DNA of 64,000 bases. Origin: an uncultured Actinomycetes bacterium. Lineage in GTDB: Bacteria > Actinomycetota > Thermoleophilia > Gaiellales > Gaiellaceae. The stretch's first letter is position 1, and the number at the start of each line of letters is the position of its first letter. The notes beneath the pieces were generated by a model that saw only the letters and a list, made by a program, of their open reading frames with translations, did not search any database and had not been told where the DNA came from. The stretch lies in NCBI GenBank assembly GCA_963821335.1, contig CAWGDJ010000002.1, positions 517,442 to 581,441 of the forward strand. Direction: 5' to 3'. Of this stretch, positions 1 through 9,096 are shown in pieces. Position numbers and translations under genes: made by a program.

Positions 1-430
1 GGTCGGTTGCGTTCGCGTCCACCTCGTCAGGGAAGTACATGCGCGTCACGAGCCGCTTGAGGAGCCCGCGAGCGAGCACACCGACGACGAGGTGCGGCGC
101 CTGGAGCCCACCCTGCGGCCACGGCACCCGGCCGGGCTTCAGCGTGACGAGCTCGAACCGGCCCTCGGGCACGGTCGGCGACCTCCCGAAACAGGAGAAG
201 CCGTTCACGCCGACCGGGTTCACGTAGTTGCCGTCGGGGTCGGCCTGCCACACCTCGACCGTTCCGTCGGGCACCGGGTCTCCGGCGCCATCGAGCACCA
301 CGCCGCGGATGCGAACCGCGTGCGCGTCCGCCGGGTCGACGAGGTGTGGCCTGACTGGCCCGTCGAACAGGCAGATCGCGAGGTACGGGCCGACGGTCTG
401 CGATGGGGTGAGCCCGAGGACGTCAGTCAT
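1..430 (-). CDS. pcaG: Protocatechuate 3,4-dioxygenase alpha subunit (3' end beyond the window edge)
   Basis: Not in the ORF track. Manual translation from ATG 430: MTDVLGLTPSQTVGPY...VLDGAGDPVPDGTVEVWQAD...TLKPGRVP...QAPH...ARGLLKRLVTRMYFPDE. Lies directly downstream of pcaH. Confidence 0.93.
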   Translation of the reverse strand, partial: MTDVLGLTPSQTVGPYLAICLFDGPVRPHLVDPADAHAVRIRGVVLDGAGDPVPDGTVEVWQADPDGNYVNPVGVNGFSCFGRSPTVPEGRFELVTLKPGRVPWPQGGLQAPHLVVGVLARGLLKRLVTRMYFPDEVDANATD

Positions 431-1149
431 CGTGTGGTTCCTCGAGCGGGGTTGCGAAGCGCCCGCCGAGCACGATGTCGAACCGATAGCCGAGTGCCCA
501 GTCCGCAGATCGTCAGGTCCATGTCGAACGTCGATATCGCTCGCTCGCGCGCCTGCTCGTCGCGGATCGACTGGTAGATCGGGTCGAAGGCGAACAGCGG
601 GTCGCCCGGGAAGTACATCTGAGTGACCAGCCGGTCGGTGAACGCCCGTCCGAAGAGCGAGAAGTGGATGTGCCGGGGCCGCCAGGCGTTCGGGTGGTTC
701 CCCCACGGATACGCCCCTGGCTTGACCGTCACGAAGCGATAGACGCCGTCCGCATCCGTCAGACAACGCCCCGCGCCCGTGAAGTTCGGGTCGAGCGGGG
801 CGTCGTGTTGGTCGACGTCGTGGTGGTAGCGACCTGCCGCATTCGCCTGCCAGACCTCGATCAGCTGACCGGCGAGCGGCTTGCCGTCGCTGCCGAGGAC
901 GCGACCCGAGACGATGATCCGCTCGCCGAGCGGCTCCCCCGGATGCTGCCGGGTCAGGTCGTGGTCGAGCTCCCCGATCGAGCCCTCGCCGTAGACCGGC
1001 CCGGTGAGCTCGCTCAGCGACGGCGGGAGGAGCACGAGCGGCTCTTTCGGGTGACGCAATCGGGTGCCGACGTAATCGGGATAGTCGTACGGCGGGTCGG
1101 CGCCGGCGAGCCCGGAGTCGTCGACGGTGGGGAAGGGCTCAGCCGACAT
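423..1149 (-). CDS. pcaH: Protocatechuate 3,4-dioxygenase beta subunit (1-nt frameshift near 505)
   Basis: ELTGPVYG, GERIIVSGRV, EVWQANAAGRY, KPGAYPWGNHPNAWRPRHIHFS. The expected C-terminus DWALGYRFDIVLGG...EEPHDD* is in the adjacent frame (stop at 423). Confidence 0.93.
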
Positions 1150-1795
1150 CTGCCTCCTCGAGCTCGACGGTGAACGGTGCTCCCGTGACGGCCCGCACGT
1201 CTTCGATCGTGGCGCCACCCAGGAGCTCGGTCAACACGAGGCTACCGGCGCGAACCCTGAACACCGCCAGCTCGGTGACGATCACGTCCGCCACACCGCG
1301 CGCGGTGAGCGGGTACGTGCACTCCTCGACGACCTTCGGCTCGCCCGCCGACGAGGTCGCGGTCATCGTGACGATGACGCGCCGGGCACCGACGACGAGG
1401 TCCATCGCGCCGCCGACCCCGAGCACGTCCTTCCCGGGTACGGCCCAGTTGGCGATGTCGCCGGCGGCGCTCACCTGGAGGGCGCCGAGGACGGCAACGT
1501 CGATGTGACCGCCGCGGATCATCGCGAAGCTCGCGGCGCTGTCGAAGTACGCGGCGCCCGGCAGCGCTGTCACCGGACGCTTGGCCGCATCGATCAGGTC
1601 GGGGTCGAGCTCGTCGTCGGTCGGCCGAGGGCCGACGCCGAGGAGACCGTTCTCGGTGTGGAGGATGACGTCCGTGTCCGACCCGAGGAAGCCGGGGATG
1701 AGGTTCGGGATTCCGATCCCGAGGTTCACCACCTCCCCCGACCGAAGCTCCCTTGCCGCCCGCTCGGCAATCCGTGCCTTGGGGTCGTCGCTCAT
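1139..1795 (-). CDS. pcaJ: 3-oxoacid (3-oxoadipate) CoA-transferase subunit B
   Basis: VNLGIGIP, HTENG (catalytic Glu), SFAMIRGGHIDVAVLGALQV, GVGGAMDLV; in an operon with pcaHG. Confidence 0.88.
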   Translation of the reverse strand: MSDDPKARIAERAARELRSGEVVNLGIGIPNLIPGFLGSDTDVILHTENGLLGVGPRPTDDELDPDLIDAAKRPVTALPGAAYFDSAASFAMIRGGHIDVAVLGALQVSAAGDIANWAVPGKDVLGVGGAMDLVVGARRVIVTMTATSSAGEPKVVEECTYPLTARGVADVIVTELAVFRVRAGSLVLTELLGGATIEDVRAVTGAPFTVELEEADVG

Positions 1796-2451
1796 GCCGA
1801 TCGCACCAGGTGGTCGACATAGAGATGTGGTGTGACGATCGACTCCGGCTCGAGCTGACCGGTCGGGACGATCTCACCCGCCTCGGCGATCGTCACCCGC
1901 GCGGCGGTCGCCATCAGAGGGTTGAAGTTGCGCGCGGTCCGCCGGTACCAGAGGTTGCCGAGCTCGTCCGCGCGCGCTGCATAGACGAGCGCGACATCGG
2001 CATGGATCGGGCGCTCGAGCACCTGCAGGACGCCGTCGAGCTCGCGGGTCTCCTTGCCCTCCGCGAGCAGCGTCCCCGCGCCCACGGGCGTGTAGAACCC
2101 CGCGATCCCGGCCCCGGCCGCCCGGATCGCCTCGGCGAACGTCCCCTGCGGGACGAGCGTCGCCTCGATCCGACCCTCGTTCACCGCCGCCACCGCCTCG
2201 GGGTTCGACGTGAAGTACGACGAGATCCCGCGCCGGATCCGGCCCTGCCGGAGCAGCCGCCCGAGCCCGCGCCCGGGCTCGCCGATGTTGTTCGAGACGA
2301 TTGTCAGGTCGGTTGCGTCGGACTGGTCGACGAGCGCGTCGATCAGGGTCAGCGGGGCGCCGACGAGCCCGAAGCCGCCAACCATCACCACGTCGCCGGT
2401 GCGGACGTGGGCGATCGCCTCGACCGCAGAGGTCGTGCCGTTGATCGTCAC
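1792..2451 (-). CDS. pcaI: 3-oxoacid (3-oxoadipate) CoA-transferase subunit A
   Basis: MVGGFGLVGAP, VSNN, PQGTFAEAIRAAGAGIAGFYTPVG, ARNFNPLMATAA. GTG start chosen at 2451. Confidence 0.88.
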   Translation of the reverse strand: MTINGTTSAVEAIAHVRTGDVVMVGGFGLVGAPLTLIDALVDQSDATDLTIVSNNIGEPGRGLGRLLRQGRIRRGISSYFTSNPEAVAAVNEGRIEATLVPQGTFAEAIRAAGAGIAGFYTPVGAGTLLAEGKETRELDGVLQVLERPIHADVALVYAARADELGNLWYRRTARNFNPLMATAARVTIAEAGEIVPTGQLEPESIVTPHLYVDHLVRSA

Positions 2452-2522
2452 CGCGACGTGACCGCTTCCCGCGGGATGGCAATCGTGTCGCGACCGGTCA
2501 TGCGAGCGCCGCCGCAGGCCAT
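2448..2522 (-). CDS. Putative 24-aa leader ORF or gene remnant (MACGGARMTGRDTIAIPREAVTSR)
   Basis: Strong AAGGAGG 5 nt before ATG 2522. Its TGA overlaps the pcaI GTG (GTGA). Confidence 0.4.
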   Translation of the reverse strand: MACGGARMTGRDTIAIPREAVTSR

Positions 2523-2560
2523 CCGATCCTCCTTGAGCTGCGCGTAGGTCGAACCGCCCG

Positions 2561-2612
2561 ACCCTAGGACTGCGTGTTCCAGTTGTCAAGACAGCTGTCT
2601 AGCATCCGGGAC
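2561..2612 (-). promoter_or_regulatory. SigA-type promoter and shared operator (site A) for pcaIJHG
   Basis: Minus strand reads GTCCCGGATGCTAGACAGCTGTC-TTGACA-N17-TAGGGT. Confidence 0.75.
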
Positions 2613-2787
2613 AAGGATACGGACACGGGGCATGTTCCGGTCGCGGTCGGTGCGTCGCCTCGCGGGAGCCCATGCGGCAGGCCCCCGGACGAGCAACAGC
2701 CGGTCAGCCGTGGCACTCGGAGCCCGTCGGCTCGACCTCGTCGTGGAGATGTCGAGCTGCACACGACGGAAATGGCCACCGGGCGGC

Positions 2788-3651
2788 TCAGAGACCGAGC
2801 AGCCGGGCCGCGTTCTGCTTCAGGATCAAGGGCCTGACCTCGTCCTTGAAACCCGCTTCGGCGAAATCGGCGAGCCAGCGGTCGGGTGTGATCAGGGGGT
2901 AGTCCGAGCCGAAGAGCACCCGGTCTCGCAGCAGCGTGTTCGCGTACCTGATCAGCTGGGGCGCGAAGTACTTCGGCGACCACCCGGACAGGTCGATGTA
3001 GACCTGGCGCTTGTGGAGGGCGACCGAGATCGCCTCGTCCTGCCATGGGAACGATGGGTGCGCGAGCACGATCGGCAGCTCGGGGAAGTCGGCGGCGACG
3101 TCGTCGACGTACATCGGGTTCGAGTACTTGAGCCGGATCCCCCCTCCGCCGGGGAGCCCGGTGCCGATGCCGGAGTGACCGGTGTGGAACAGGGCGGGTA
3201 GCCCTGCCTCCGCGATCACCTCGTACAGCGGGTAGACCTCGCGGTCGTTCGGGAAGAACGCCTGAACGTTGGGGTGGAACTTGAACCCCCGGAAGTCGTA
3301 GTCGCGGATCAGCCGCCGCGCCTCGTCGACCGCCCGCTTGCCCTTTCCGGGATCGATGCTCGCGAACGGGATCAGCACGTCGGGGTTGGCAGCGGCGACC
3401 TCGGCGATCTCCTCGTTGCGGACGGCCGGTCGCCCCGTGACGGTCTCGGCGTCGACGGTGAACACGACGGCCACCATCTTCCGCTCCCGGTAGTAGTCGG
3501 CGACGTCCTCGGCCGTCGGCGTTGCGGACTCACCGAAGTACTTCGCGGCCGCCTCGCGCCACTCGGGTCGCAGGCCGTCCTCGCCTGTACGTCCGATCTC
3601 GGCATGGACATGTACGTCGATCGCGACGATCGCGTCGAGGTCGATGCTCAC
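2788..3651 (-). CDS. couO: Amidohydrolase family, 4-hydroxyphenyl-beta-ketoacyl-CoA hydrolase (CouO-like)
   Basis: IDVHVH, GFKFHP, HTGHSGIG, GGGGIRLKYSNPM, LAHPSFPWQDEA, YIDLSGWSPKYF, FGSDYP. Sits with a MaoC hydratase and an SDR, as in Rhodococcus cou clusters. Confidence 0.82.
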   Translation of the reverse strand: MSIDLDAIVAIDVHVHAEIGRTGEDGLRPEWREAAAKYFGESATPTAEDVADYYRERKMVAVVFTVDAETVTGRPAVRNEEIAEVAAANPDVLIPFASIDPGKGKRAVDEARRLIRDYDFRGFKFHPNVQAFFPNDREVYPLYEVIAEAGLPALFHTGHSGIGTGLPGGGGIRLKYSNPMYVDDVAADFPELPIVLAHPSFPWQDEAISVALHKRQVYIDLSGWSPKYFAPQLIRYANTLLRDRVLFGSDYPLITPDRWLADFAEAGFKDEVRPLILKQNAARLLGL

Positions 3652-4490
3652 CGCAGCTCCGCCCGCCCATCCTTGATCACGGGCACGCCGTCGGAGCCGA
3701 CCGCCTCGAAGCCGTAGACGCCGGCGTCCAGCCGCCAGACCCTCGTGGTCAGCGTGTCACCGGGGAACAACGGCGCCGAGAACCGAACCGCGAGCCGCTT
3801 GATCGCCCCTGGGTCATCGACCCCGGCGGTCTCGAGCACCGCGCGCCCGGTGAACGCCATCGTGCAGAGGCCGTGCACGATCCTTCCCGGCAACCCGACG
3901 GATCGCGCGAACTCGTCGTCGAGGTGGATCGCGAAGTCGTCGCCCGAGGCTGCCGCGTAGCGCTGCGTCTGGTCCTCGGCGATCGGGTATGCGATCTCGG
4001 CCGCAGGCTGTCCGTCGACCTCGAGCCGATGGTCGGGGGCCCGCTCGCCGCGTCCCTCGGCGGCGACCACACCTCGGAAGAACTCGGTGACGTGATGCTC
4101 GGCGACGAGCTCGCCGTCCGCGTGGCTCTCCGCGTGAATGACGAGCGAGGTGCCGTTCGGTCGGGGCAGCACCGCCAACGGGGTCGCACGCGAGACGAGC
4201 TCCATGCCCGCCGTAATGGGTCGATGGAGGACGATGTCCTGCTCGTAGTGGACGACACGGGAGCGGATCTCGTCCGACGCGACGGCTCGCGAGGCGGGTG
4301 GCACGCTCTCCCAGAGCGGGACGATCGCGAACACCGGCGGCGCGACGCTGCCTTCGAGCGCGGCCGGCGTGGTCTCGTCGGTCGCCTCCGCGTAAGCGCG
4401 GATCGCCTCGGCGGTGACCGCGTACCTGCTCTCGTCGGTCGCCCGTCCGAGCCCGGCGAGCGAGAACCCGGCGTCGCTCGGCTCGCTCAC
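3648..4490 (-). CDS. MaoC-family double hot-dog enoyl-CoA hydratase (CouM-like)
   Basis: VVHYEQD, and YAAASGDDFAIHLD...IVHGLCT (hydratase-2 motif). GTG start overlaps the SDR stop. Confidence 0.85.
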   Translation of the reverse strand: MSEPSDAGFSLAGLGRATDESRYAVTAEAIRAYAEATDETTPAALEGSVAPPVFAIVPLWESVPPASRAVASDEIRSRVVHYEQDIVLHRPITAGMELVSRATPLAVLPRPNGTSLVIHAESHADGELVAEHHVTEFFRGVVAAEGRGERAPDHRLEVDGQPAAEIAYPIAEDQTQRYAAASGDDFAIHLDDEFARSVGLPGRIVHGLCTMAFTGRAVLETAGVDDPGAIKRLAVRFSAPLFPGDTLTTRVWRLDAGVYGFEAVGSDGVPVIKDGRAELR

Positions 4491-5314
4491 GTCGTCATCC
4501 CGGTCATCTGACCGCCGCTCGCGGTGAGAACCTGCCCGTGGACGAAGTTCGACCACGGCGAGCAGAGGAAGAAGATCGGCCCGGCCGCGTCTTCGGGGGT
4601 CGCCGGGCGGCCGAGCGGGATGATGGTGGAGGCGAGATCGCGCATCTGCTGGGGGATCCCGAGCTTGATCTCGTGCCCGTCCCGCTCGATCGTCCCCGCG
4701 TCCTCCGAGGCGGCCGTCAGCCGCGTTTCGACGAACCCGAAGGCGACCGCGTTGACGTTTACCTTGAACGGCCCCCACTCCCGGGCGAGCGTCTTCGTCA
4801 GGCCGACGAGCCCTGCCTTGGCCGCCGAGTAGTTCACCTGGCCGAGGTTGCCCTGCGTCCCCGAGATCGACGTCACGTTGACGACCTTGCGGAACACCTC
4901 GCGTCCCGCCTCCTTGTCCGCCTTGCCCGCGTCGCGCAGGTGTGGCGCAGCGGCGCGCAGGACCTTGAACGGCACGACCGTGTGGATCTCGAGCATCGCA
5001 CGGAACTGCTCGTCGCTCATCTTGTGGGCCATGCCGTCCCACGTGTAGCCGGCGTTGTTGACCACGATGTCGAGCTGCCCGAAGGCATCGACCGCGGCTG
5101 CGACGAGCGCCTCGGGAGCGCCTTCGGCCGTCAGGTCGCCAGTGAAGACGGCGGTGTCCCCGTCGATCGATGCGGCGGCCTCGTTGGCGACATCGACGTC
5201 GAGGTCGTTCACCAGCACCCGCGCGCCGTGCGAGGCGAGGAGCGCCGCGGTCGCCCGGCCGATCCCACGACCCGACCCCGTCACGATTGCAGCCTTGCCT
5301 GCAAGCACCTCCAT
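4487..5314 (-). CDS. SDR, 3-hydroxyacyl-CoA dehydrogenase/FabG-like (CouN-like)
   Basis: TGSGRGIG, NNAG, NYSAAK. Confidence 0.88.
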   Translation of the reverse strand: MEVLAGKAAIVTGSGRGIGRATAALLASHGARVLVNDLDVDVANEAAASIDGDTAVFTGDLTAEGAPEALVAAAVDAFGQLDIVVNNAGYTWDGMAHKMSDEQFRAMLEIHTVVPFKVLRAAAPHLRDAGKADKEAGREVFRKVVNVTSISGTQGNLGQVNYSAAKAGLVGLTKTLAREWGPFKVNVNAVAFGFVETRLTAASEDAGTIERDGHEIKLGIPQQMRDLASTIIPLGRPATPEDAAGPIFFLCSPWSNFVHGQVLTASGGQMTGMTT

Positions 5315-5426
5315 CCTGCCTCCCTGGGTCGACGATGCAGTTCTATCCGTTGCGGCCCGCGAGGTGCGCAGCTCTCCCCACGGCCGACGGCGGCGAGGGG
5401 CGTATCATCGCGACCATGGTGGTCAC

Positions 5427-5789
5427 ATGACTGCGCTTCAGGTGCTCGATGCCGACACTGCGGAAACCGTCGCGCGCATCTGCGAGGGGATCGTGCCCGG
5501 CTCTGCGCGCGTGCGGCCCGAGGTCTACGTCGATGCGCTCCTCGCGCGCATGGACGAGGGCACGCGAGGGGCGGCGCTCGCAGCATTCCGGTCGGTCTCC
5601 GAGGGGGAGCTCTCCGACCACGCCGGGACACCCGACTTCTTCTGGGTCCGTGCGCTCGCAATCGAGGCGTTCTACAGCGACTTCGTGGCGCCCGGGGTCG
5701 ACGCGACGGGTGCGTGGGAGGAGATCGACTTCAACACACCACTCGCGACGCGGCTGGCGAAGGACTGGTCTTACCTCGGAATCCGATGA
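5427..5789 (+). CDS. Small partner protein of the GMC flavoprotein (gluconate 2-dehydrogenase subunit-3-like)
   Basis: 120 aa with ICEGIVPG...YVD and EAFYSD...AWEEIDF; ATGA-coupled to the GMC gene. Confidence 0.6.
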   Translation: MTALQVLDADTAETVARICEGIVPGSARVRPEVYVDALLARMDEGTRGAALAAFRSVSEGELSDHAGTPDFFWVRALAIEAFYSDFVAPGVDATGAWEEIDFNTPLATRLAKDWSYLGIR

Positions 5790-7231
5790 GCGAGCGGTTC
5801 GATGTTGTCGTGGTCGGCTCCGGGGCCGGCGGAGGAGTTGTCGCGGGCGAGCTCGCCGACCGTGGGCGGAGCGTGCTGCTTCTGGAGGCAGGCCCGCACC
5901 GGACCGCCGCCGACTTCACGCGCTGGGAGGCGCATGCGACACACGACTTCTGGTGGCCGCTCCGATTTGCGCCGATCGACGGCGGTGCCGCCGGAGTCGT
6001 CGCACTGCTCGCGGCGCGCTGCGTCGGTGGCACCACGACGGTCAACACGAAAGTGGCACTGCGCGTCGCCGATCACGACTACGCGAAGTGGCATGCCGCG
6101 AGCGGGCTCCTCGGTGCCGGCGGCGCAGCGTTCGGCGCCGCTGACCTCGACCCGTACTACGACCGCGTCGAGCAGCGGCTCGGGGTCCGCGAGCGAGCCG
6201 ACTGGAAGCACAGCGTGCACACCGTGGAGCGCGGGTTCCGCGCCCTGGGCTCGCACCTCGAGCCCGTTCGGGCGTACACCGACGCCAACTGCATGAGCTG
6301 TGGCTCCTGCCTCCAGGGCTGCCCGACGAACGCGGGGAAGTCGACGATGAACACGTACATCCACGACGCCTGGGCGGCGGGCCGGCTCGAGCTTCGTGCC
6401 GATACCCCCGTCGAGCGTATCGTGATCGACGACGGCGAGGCGAAGGGCGTCGAGTACGCCGAGCCCGGGGGTGCGATCAAGCGCGTGGATGCGGGTGCCG
6501 TGGTTGTCGCTGCGGGCACCCTCAACACGCCGCAGCTCCTGTTGCGGTCGAGCCTTCCGGACAGCCCGAGTAGCCGCCTCGTCGGGCGGAACCTCGGCTT
6601 TCACCCGGTGCGCCTCGTCTACGGGCTGTTCGACGAGCCGCAGGACGCCCACATGGTGTACCCGATCTCGGCGCACGCCATGGATCACCAGCACGACGAC
6701 GACGGCGGCTTCGTGATCGAGGCGACCACGATCCAGGACCCGATCAGCTTCGCGACGACGCTCGAGGACGAAACCGGCCCGCTCTGGGGCAAGCCACTCG
6801 TGGATGCAGTTCGCCGGTTCCGGTACTGGGTAGGGCTGCTGGCGATGGCGAACGACGAGAACAACGGCACCGTCTCGCTCGACGAAGGCGGTCGGGAGAC
6901 GTTCGCGGCGGAGTTCAACGAGCGCGAGCGCGAGCGTCTCGACGCGTCGCTGGCGTTCTCTCGCGAAGTGCTGGCGGCCGCCGGCGCGACTCAGGTGTGC
7001 TGGACCGGGATCGCATCGACCCATGTTCAGGGCACCTGCCGGATGGGTAGCGACCCGGAGCGGTCCGTCGTCGACGCCGACGCGCGCGTCTGGGGGGTCG
7101 ACCGGCTCTACGTCGGTGACGGCTCGGTGGTGCCGAGGACGATGTCGGTGAACCCGTCGCTCACGATCATGGCGCTCGCCAGCCGTCTGGCGGAGCACCT
7201 CGACGACGATCCCCACGGGTACCTGTCGTGA
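5786..7231 (+). CDS. GMC-family FAD oxidoreductase with a Cys cluster
   Basis: VVVGSGAGGG, CVGGTTTVN, CMSCGSCLQGCP, HVQGTCRMG, VNPSLTIMALA. The real start is ATG 5786. Confidence 0.9.
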   Translation: MSERFDVVVVGSGAGGGVVAGELADRGRSVLLLEAGPHRTAADFTRWEAHATHDFWWPLRFAPIDGGAAGVVALLAARCVGGTTTVNTKVALRVADHDYAKWHAASGLLGAGGAAFGAADLDPYYDRVEQRLGVRERADWKHSVHTVERGFRALGSHLEPVRAYTDANCMSCGSCLQGCPTNAGKSTMNTYIHDAWAAGRLELRADTPVERIVIDDGEAKGVEYAEPGGAIKRVDAGAVVVAAGTLNTPQLLLRSSLPDSPSSRLVGRNLGFHPVRLVYGLFDEPQDAHMVYPISAHAMDHQHDDDGGFVIEATTIQDPISFATTLEDETGPLWGKPLVDAVRRFRYWVGLLAMANDENNGTVSLDEGGRETFAAEFNERERERLDASLAFSREVLAAAGATQVCWTGIASTHVQGTCRMGSDPERSVVDADARVWGVDRLYVGDGSVVPRTMSVNPSLTIMALASRLAEHLDDDPHGYLS

Positions 7232-7238
7232 GCCGGGA

Positions 7239-8219
7239 ATGAGCGAGTCGATCCGCGACCTCGCACATCTCTCGCATGTGGAGCTCCTCACGCCGAAGCC
7301 CGACGAGAGCCTCCACTACTTCACGGCGATCCTCGGGATGGAGGTCGCGGCCGAGAGCGGCGACTCCGTGTTTCTCCGTGGCTTCGGCGAGTACGAGCGA
7401 GCGTCGTTGAAGCTCACCGCCGCCGACCGCGGCGGGGTCGGGCACCTCGCGTACCGGACGGTCAGCCCCGAGGCGCTCGACCGCAGGGTTGCGGCACTGA
7501 CCGCCGCGGGTGTCGAGGGCGAGTGGCTCGACGGGGACGTCGGGCACGGGCCTGCGTTCTCGTTCCGTGATCCCGACGGCCACCGATTCGAGCTGTTCTA
7601 CGAGACCGAGCGCTATTCACCGCCACCCGAGCTCCGCCCGGCGCTCAAGAACCAGCCCCAGCGGTACACGGGACGCGGTGTCGGCGTGCGGTACCTCGAC
7701 CATGTCAACTTCCTCGCGGTCGACCCGGCCGAGAATCGAGCCTTTCTCCAGGAGCACCTCGGTCTCCGGCTCACGGAGCAGATCGTGCTCGACGACGGTG
7801 TCGAGGCCGGTGTGTGGCTGACGTCGGGTCAGAAGTCGTACGACGTGACATACACGCGCGACCTCACGCGCACCCCCGGGCGCCTGCACCACTTCGCGTA
7901 CTTCGTCGACCAGCGCGAGGACGTCCTCCGCGCCGCCGACATCTTCCTCGAGCACGGGATCGTGATGGAGTCCGGCCCGCACAAGCATGCGATCCAGCAG
8001 ACGTTCTTCCTGTACACCTGGGAGCCGGGCGGGAACCGCATCGAGATCTGCTCGGGTGGGCACCTCGTATTCGCGCCCGACCACGAGCCAGTTGTCTGGT
8101 CGCAGGCCGAGCGTGCCAAGGGTCAGGCGTGGGGCATGCAGACCGTGGCGAGCTTCCACATCAAAGGGACGCCGTCAGTCCCCGAGGAGCAGGCGCTGCT
8201 TGCCGACGCAGGCCACTGA
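7239..8219 (+). CDS. Type I (VOC) extradiol dioxygenase, catechol 2,3-dioxygenase family; candidate gallate/protocatechuate meta-cleavage enzyme
   Basis: LDHVN, LHHFAY, GPHKHAIQQTFFLYTWEPGGNRIE (His-His-Glu triad). Confidence 0.88.
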   Translation: MSESIRDLAHLSHVELLTPKPDESLHYFTAILGMEVAAESGDSVFLRGFGEYERASLKLTAADRGGVGHLAYRTVSPEALDRRVAALTAAGVEGEWLDGDVGHGPAFSFRDPDGHRFELFYETERYSPPPELRPALKNQPQRYTGRGVGVRYLDHVNFLAVDPAENRAFLQEHLGLRLTEQIVLDDGVEAGVWLTSGQKSYDVTYTRDLTRTPGRLHHFAYFVDQREDVLRAADIFLEHGIVMESGPHKHAIQQTFFLYTWEPGGNRIEICSGGHLVFAPDHEPVVWSQAERAKGQAWGMQTVASFHIKGTPSVPEEQALLADAGH

Positions 8220-9096
8220 GCCGTCCCCCAGGGCGCGCGAGCTCGTCCGTGGCGCGTACGACCTGCACGTCCACGTCGCTCCCGACCTCGCGGAGCGTCG
8301 GATCGACGACCTTGCGCTCGCCCGGCGCTGCCTCGACCTCGGGCTCGCGGGCTTCGTGCTCAAGTCGCACTACGCCCCCACGGCCGAGCGCGCCGCGGTC
8401 GTGCGCGGCGCCGTTCCGGGGGTCGACGCTCTCGGGGCGATCGCGCTCAACAACGGTGTCGGCGGTCTCAACCCGCTCGCGATCGAGATCGCTGCGCGCG
8501 AAGGCGCTCGCATCGTGTGGCTCCCTACCGTCGACTCCGAGAACGAGGCGCGGGAGGACGGGCCGAAACCGGCGAAGCAACCTGTCTGGCGCCGGCTCCA
8601 GGACGAGTTCGAGGCCGCAGGGATCGTCGATGGGCCTGTCACGCTTGCGCGACCGGCGCTCGATCGTGTGCTCGAGGTCGTCGCCCGCCACGACCTCGTG
8701 CTGGCGACGGGGCATCTCGGGCGGGCGGAGATCCACCAGGTGGTCGACCTGGCCCTCGCGTGCGGGATTCAGCACGTCGTCGTCACGCACCCCGACTACC
8801 CCACACAGGGAGTTCCGATCGACGAACAGCAGGAACTCGCAGCGAAGGGCGCCGTGCTCGAGCGGTGCTTCACGCCGATCCACACCGGGAAGGTGTCGTG
8901 GGAGGAGACCTTCGCCGCGATCCGCGCGACCGGAATGGAGCACAACGTCGTGTCGACCGATCTCGGCCAGCTCGCGAACCCACCCGTCGAGGACGGGCTT
9001 GCGCTGATGGCCGACCGGCTGCTCGCCGCCGGGTTTACCGAGGCGGATGTCCATACGATGGCGGTGGTGAACACAAGGACGCTCGCCGGTGTCTAG
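8200..9096 (+). CDS. DUF6282-like metal-dependent TIM-barrel protein
   Basis: DLHVHVAPD, LKSHY, WLPT, LATGH, VTHP, STDLGQ. TTG start follows GAGGAG. Confidence 0.72.
   Translation: MPTQATEPSPRARELVRGAYDLHVHVAPDLAERRIDDLALARRCLDLGLAGFVLKSHYAPTAERAAVVRGAVPGVDALGAIALNNGVGGLNPLAIEIAAREGARIVWLPTVDSENEAREDGPKPAKQPVWRRLQDEFEAAGIVDGPVTLARPALDRVLEVVARHDLVLATGHLGRAEIHQVVDLALACGIQHVVVTHPDYPTQGVPIDEQQELAAKGAVLERCFTPIHTGKVSWEETFAAIRATGMEHNVVSTDLGQLANPPVEDGLALMADRLLAAGFTEADVHTMAVVNTRTLAGV

Noticed and set aside
4538-5785. Long N-terminal extension of the 897-aa GMC ORF (and similar extensions of other ORFs)
   Set aside because: It overlaps real genes in other frames or strands. Stop-poor GC-rich DNA produces such shadow ORFs.
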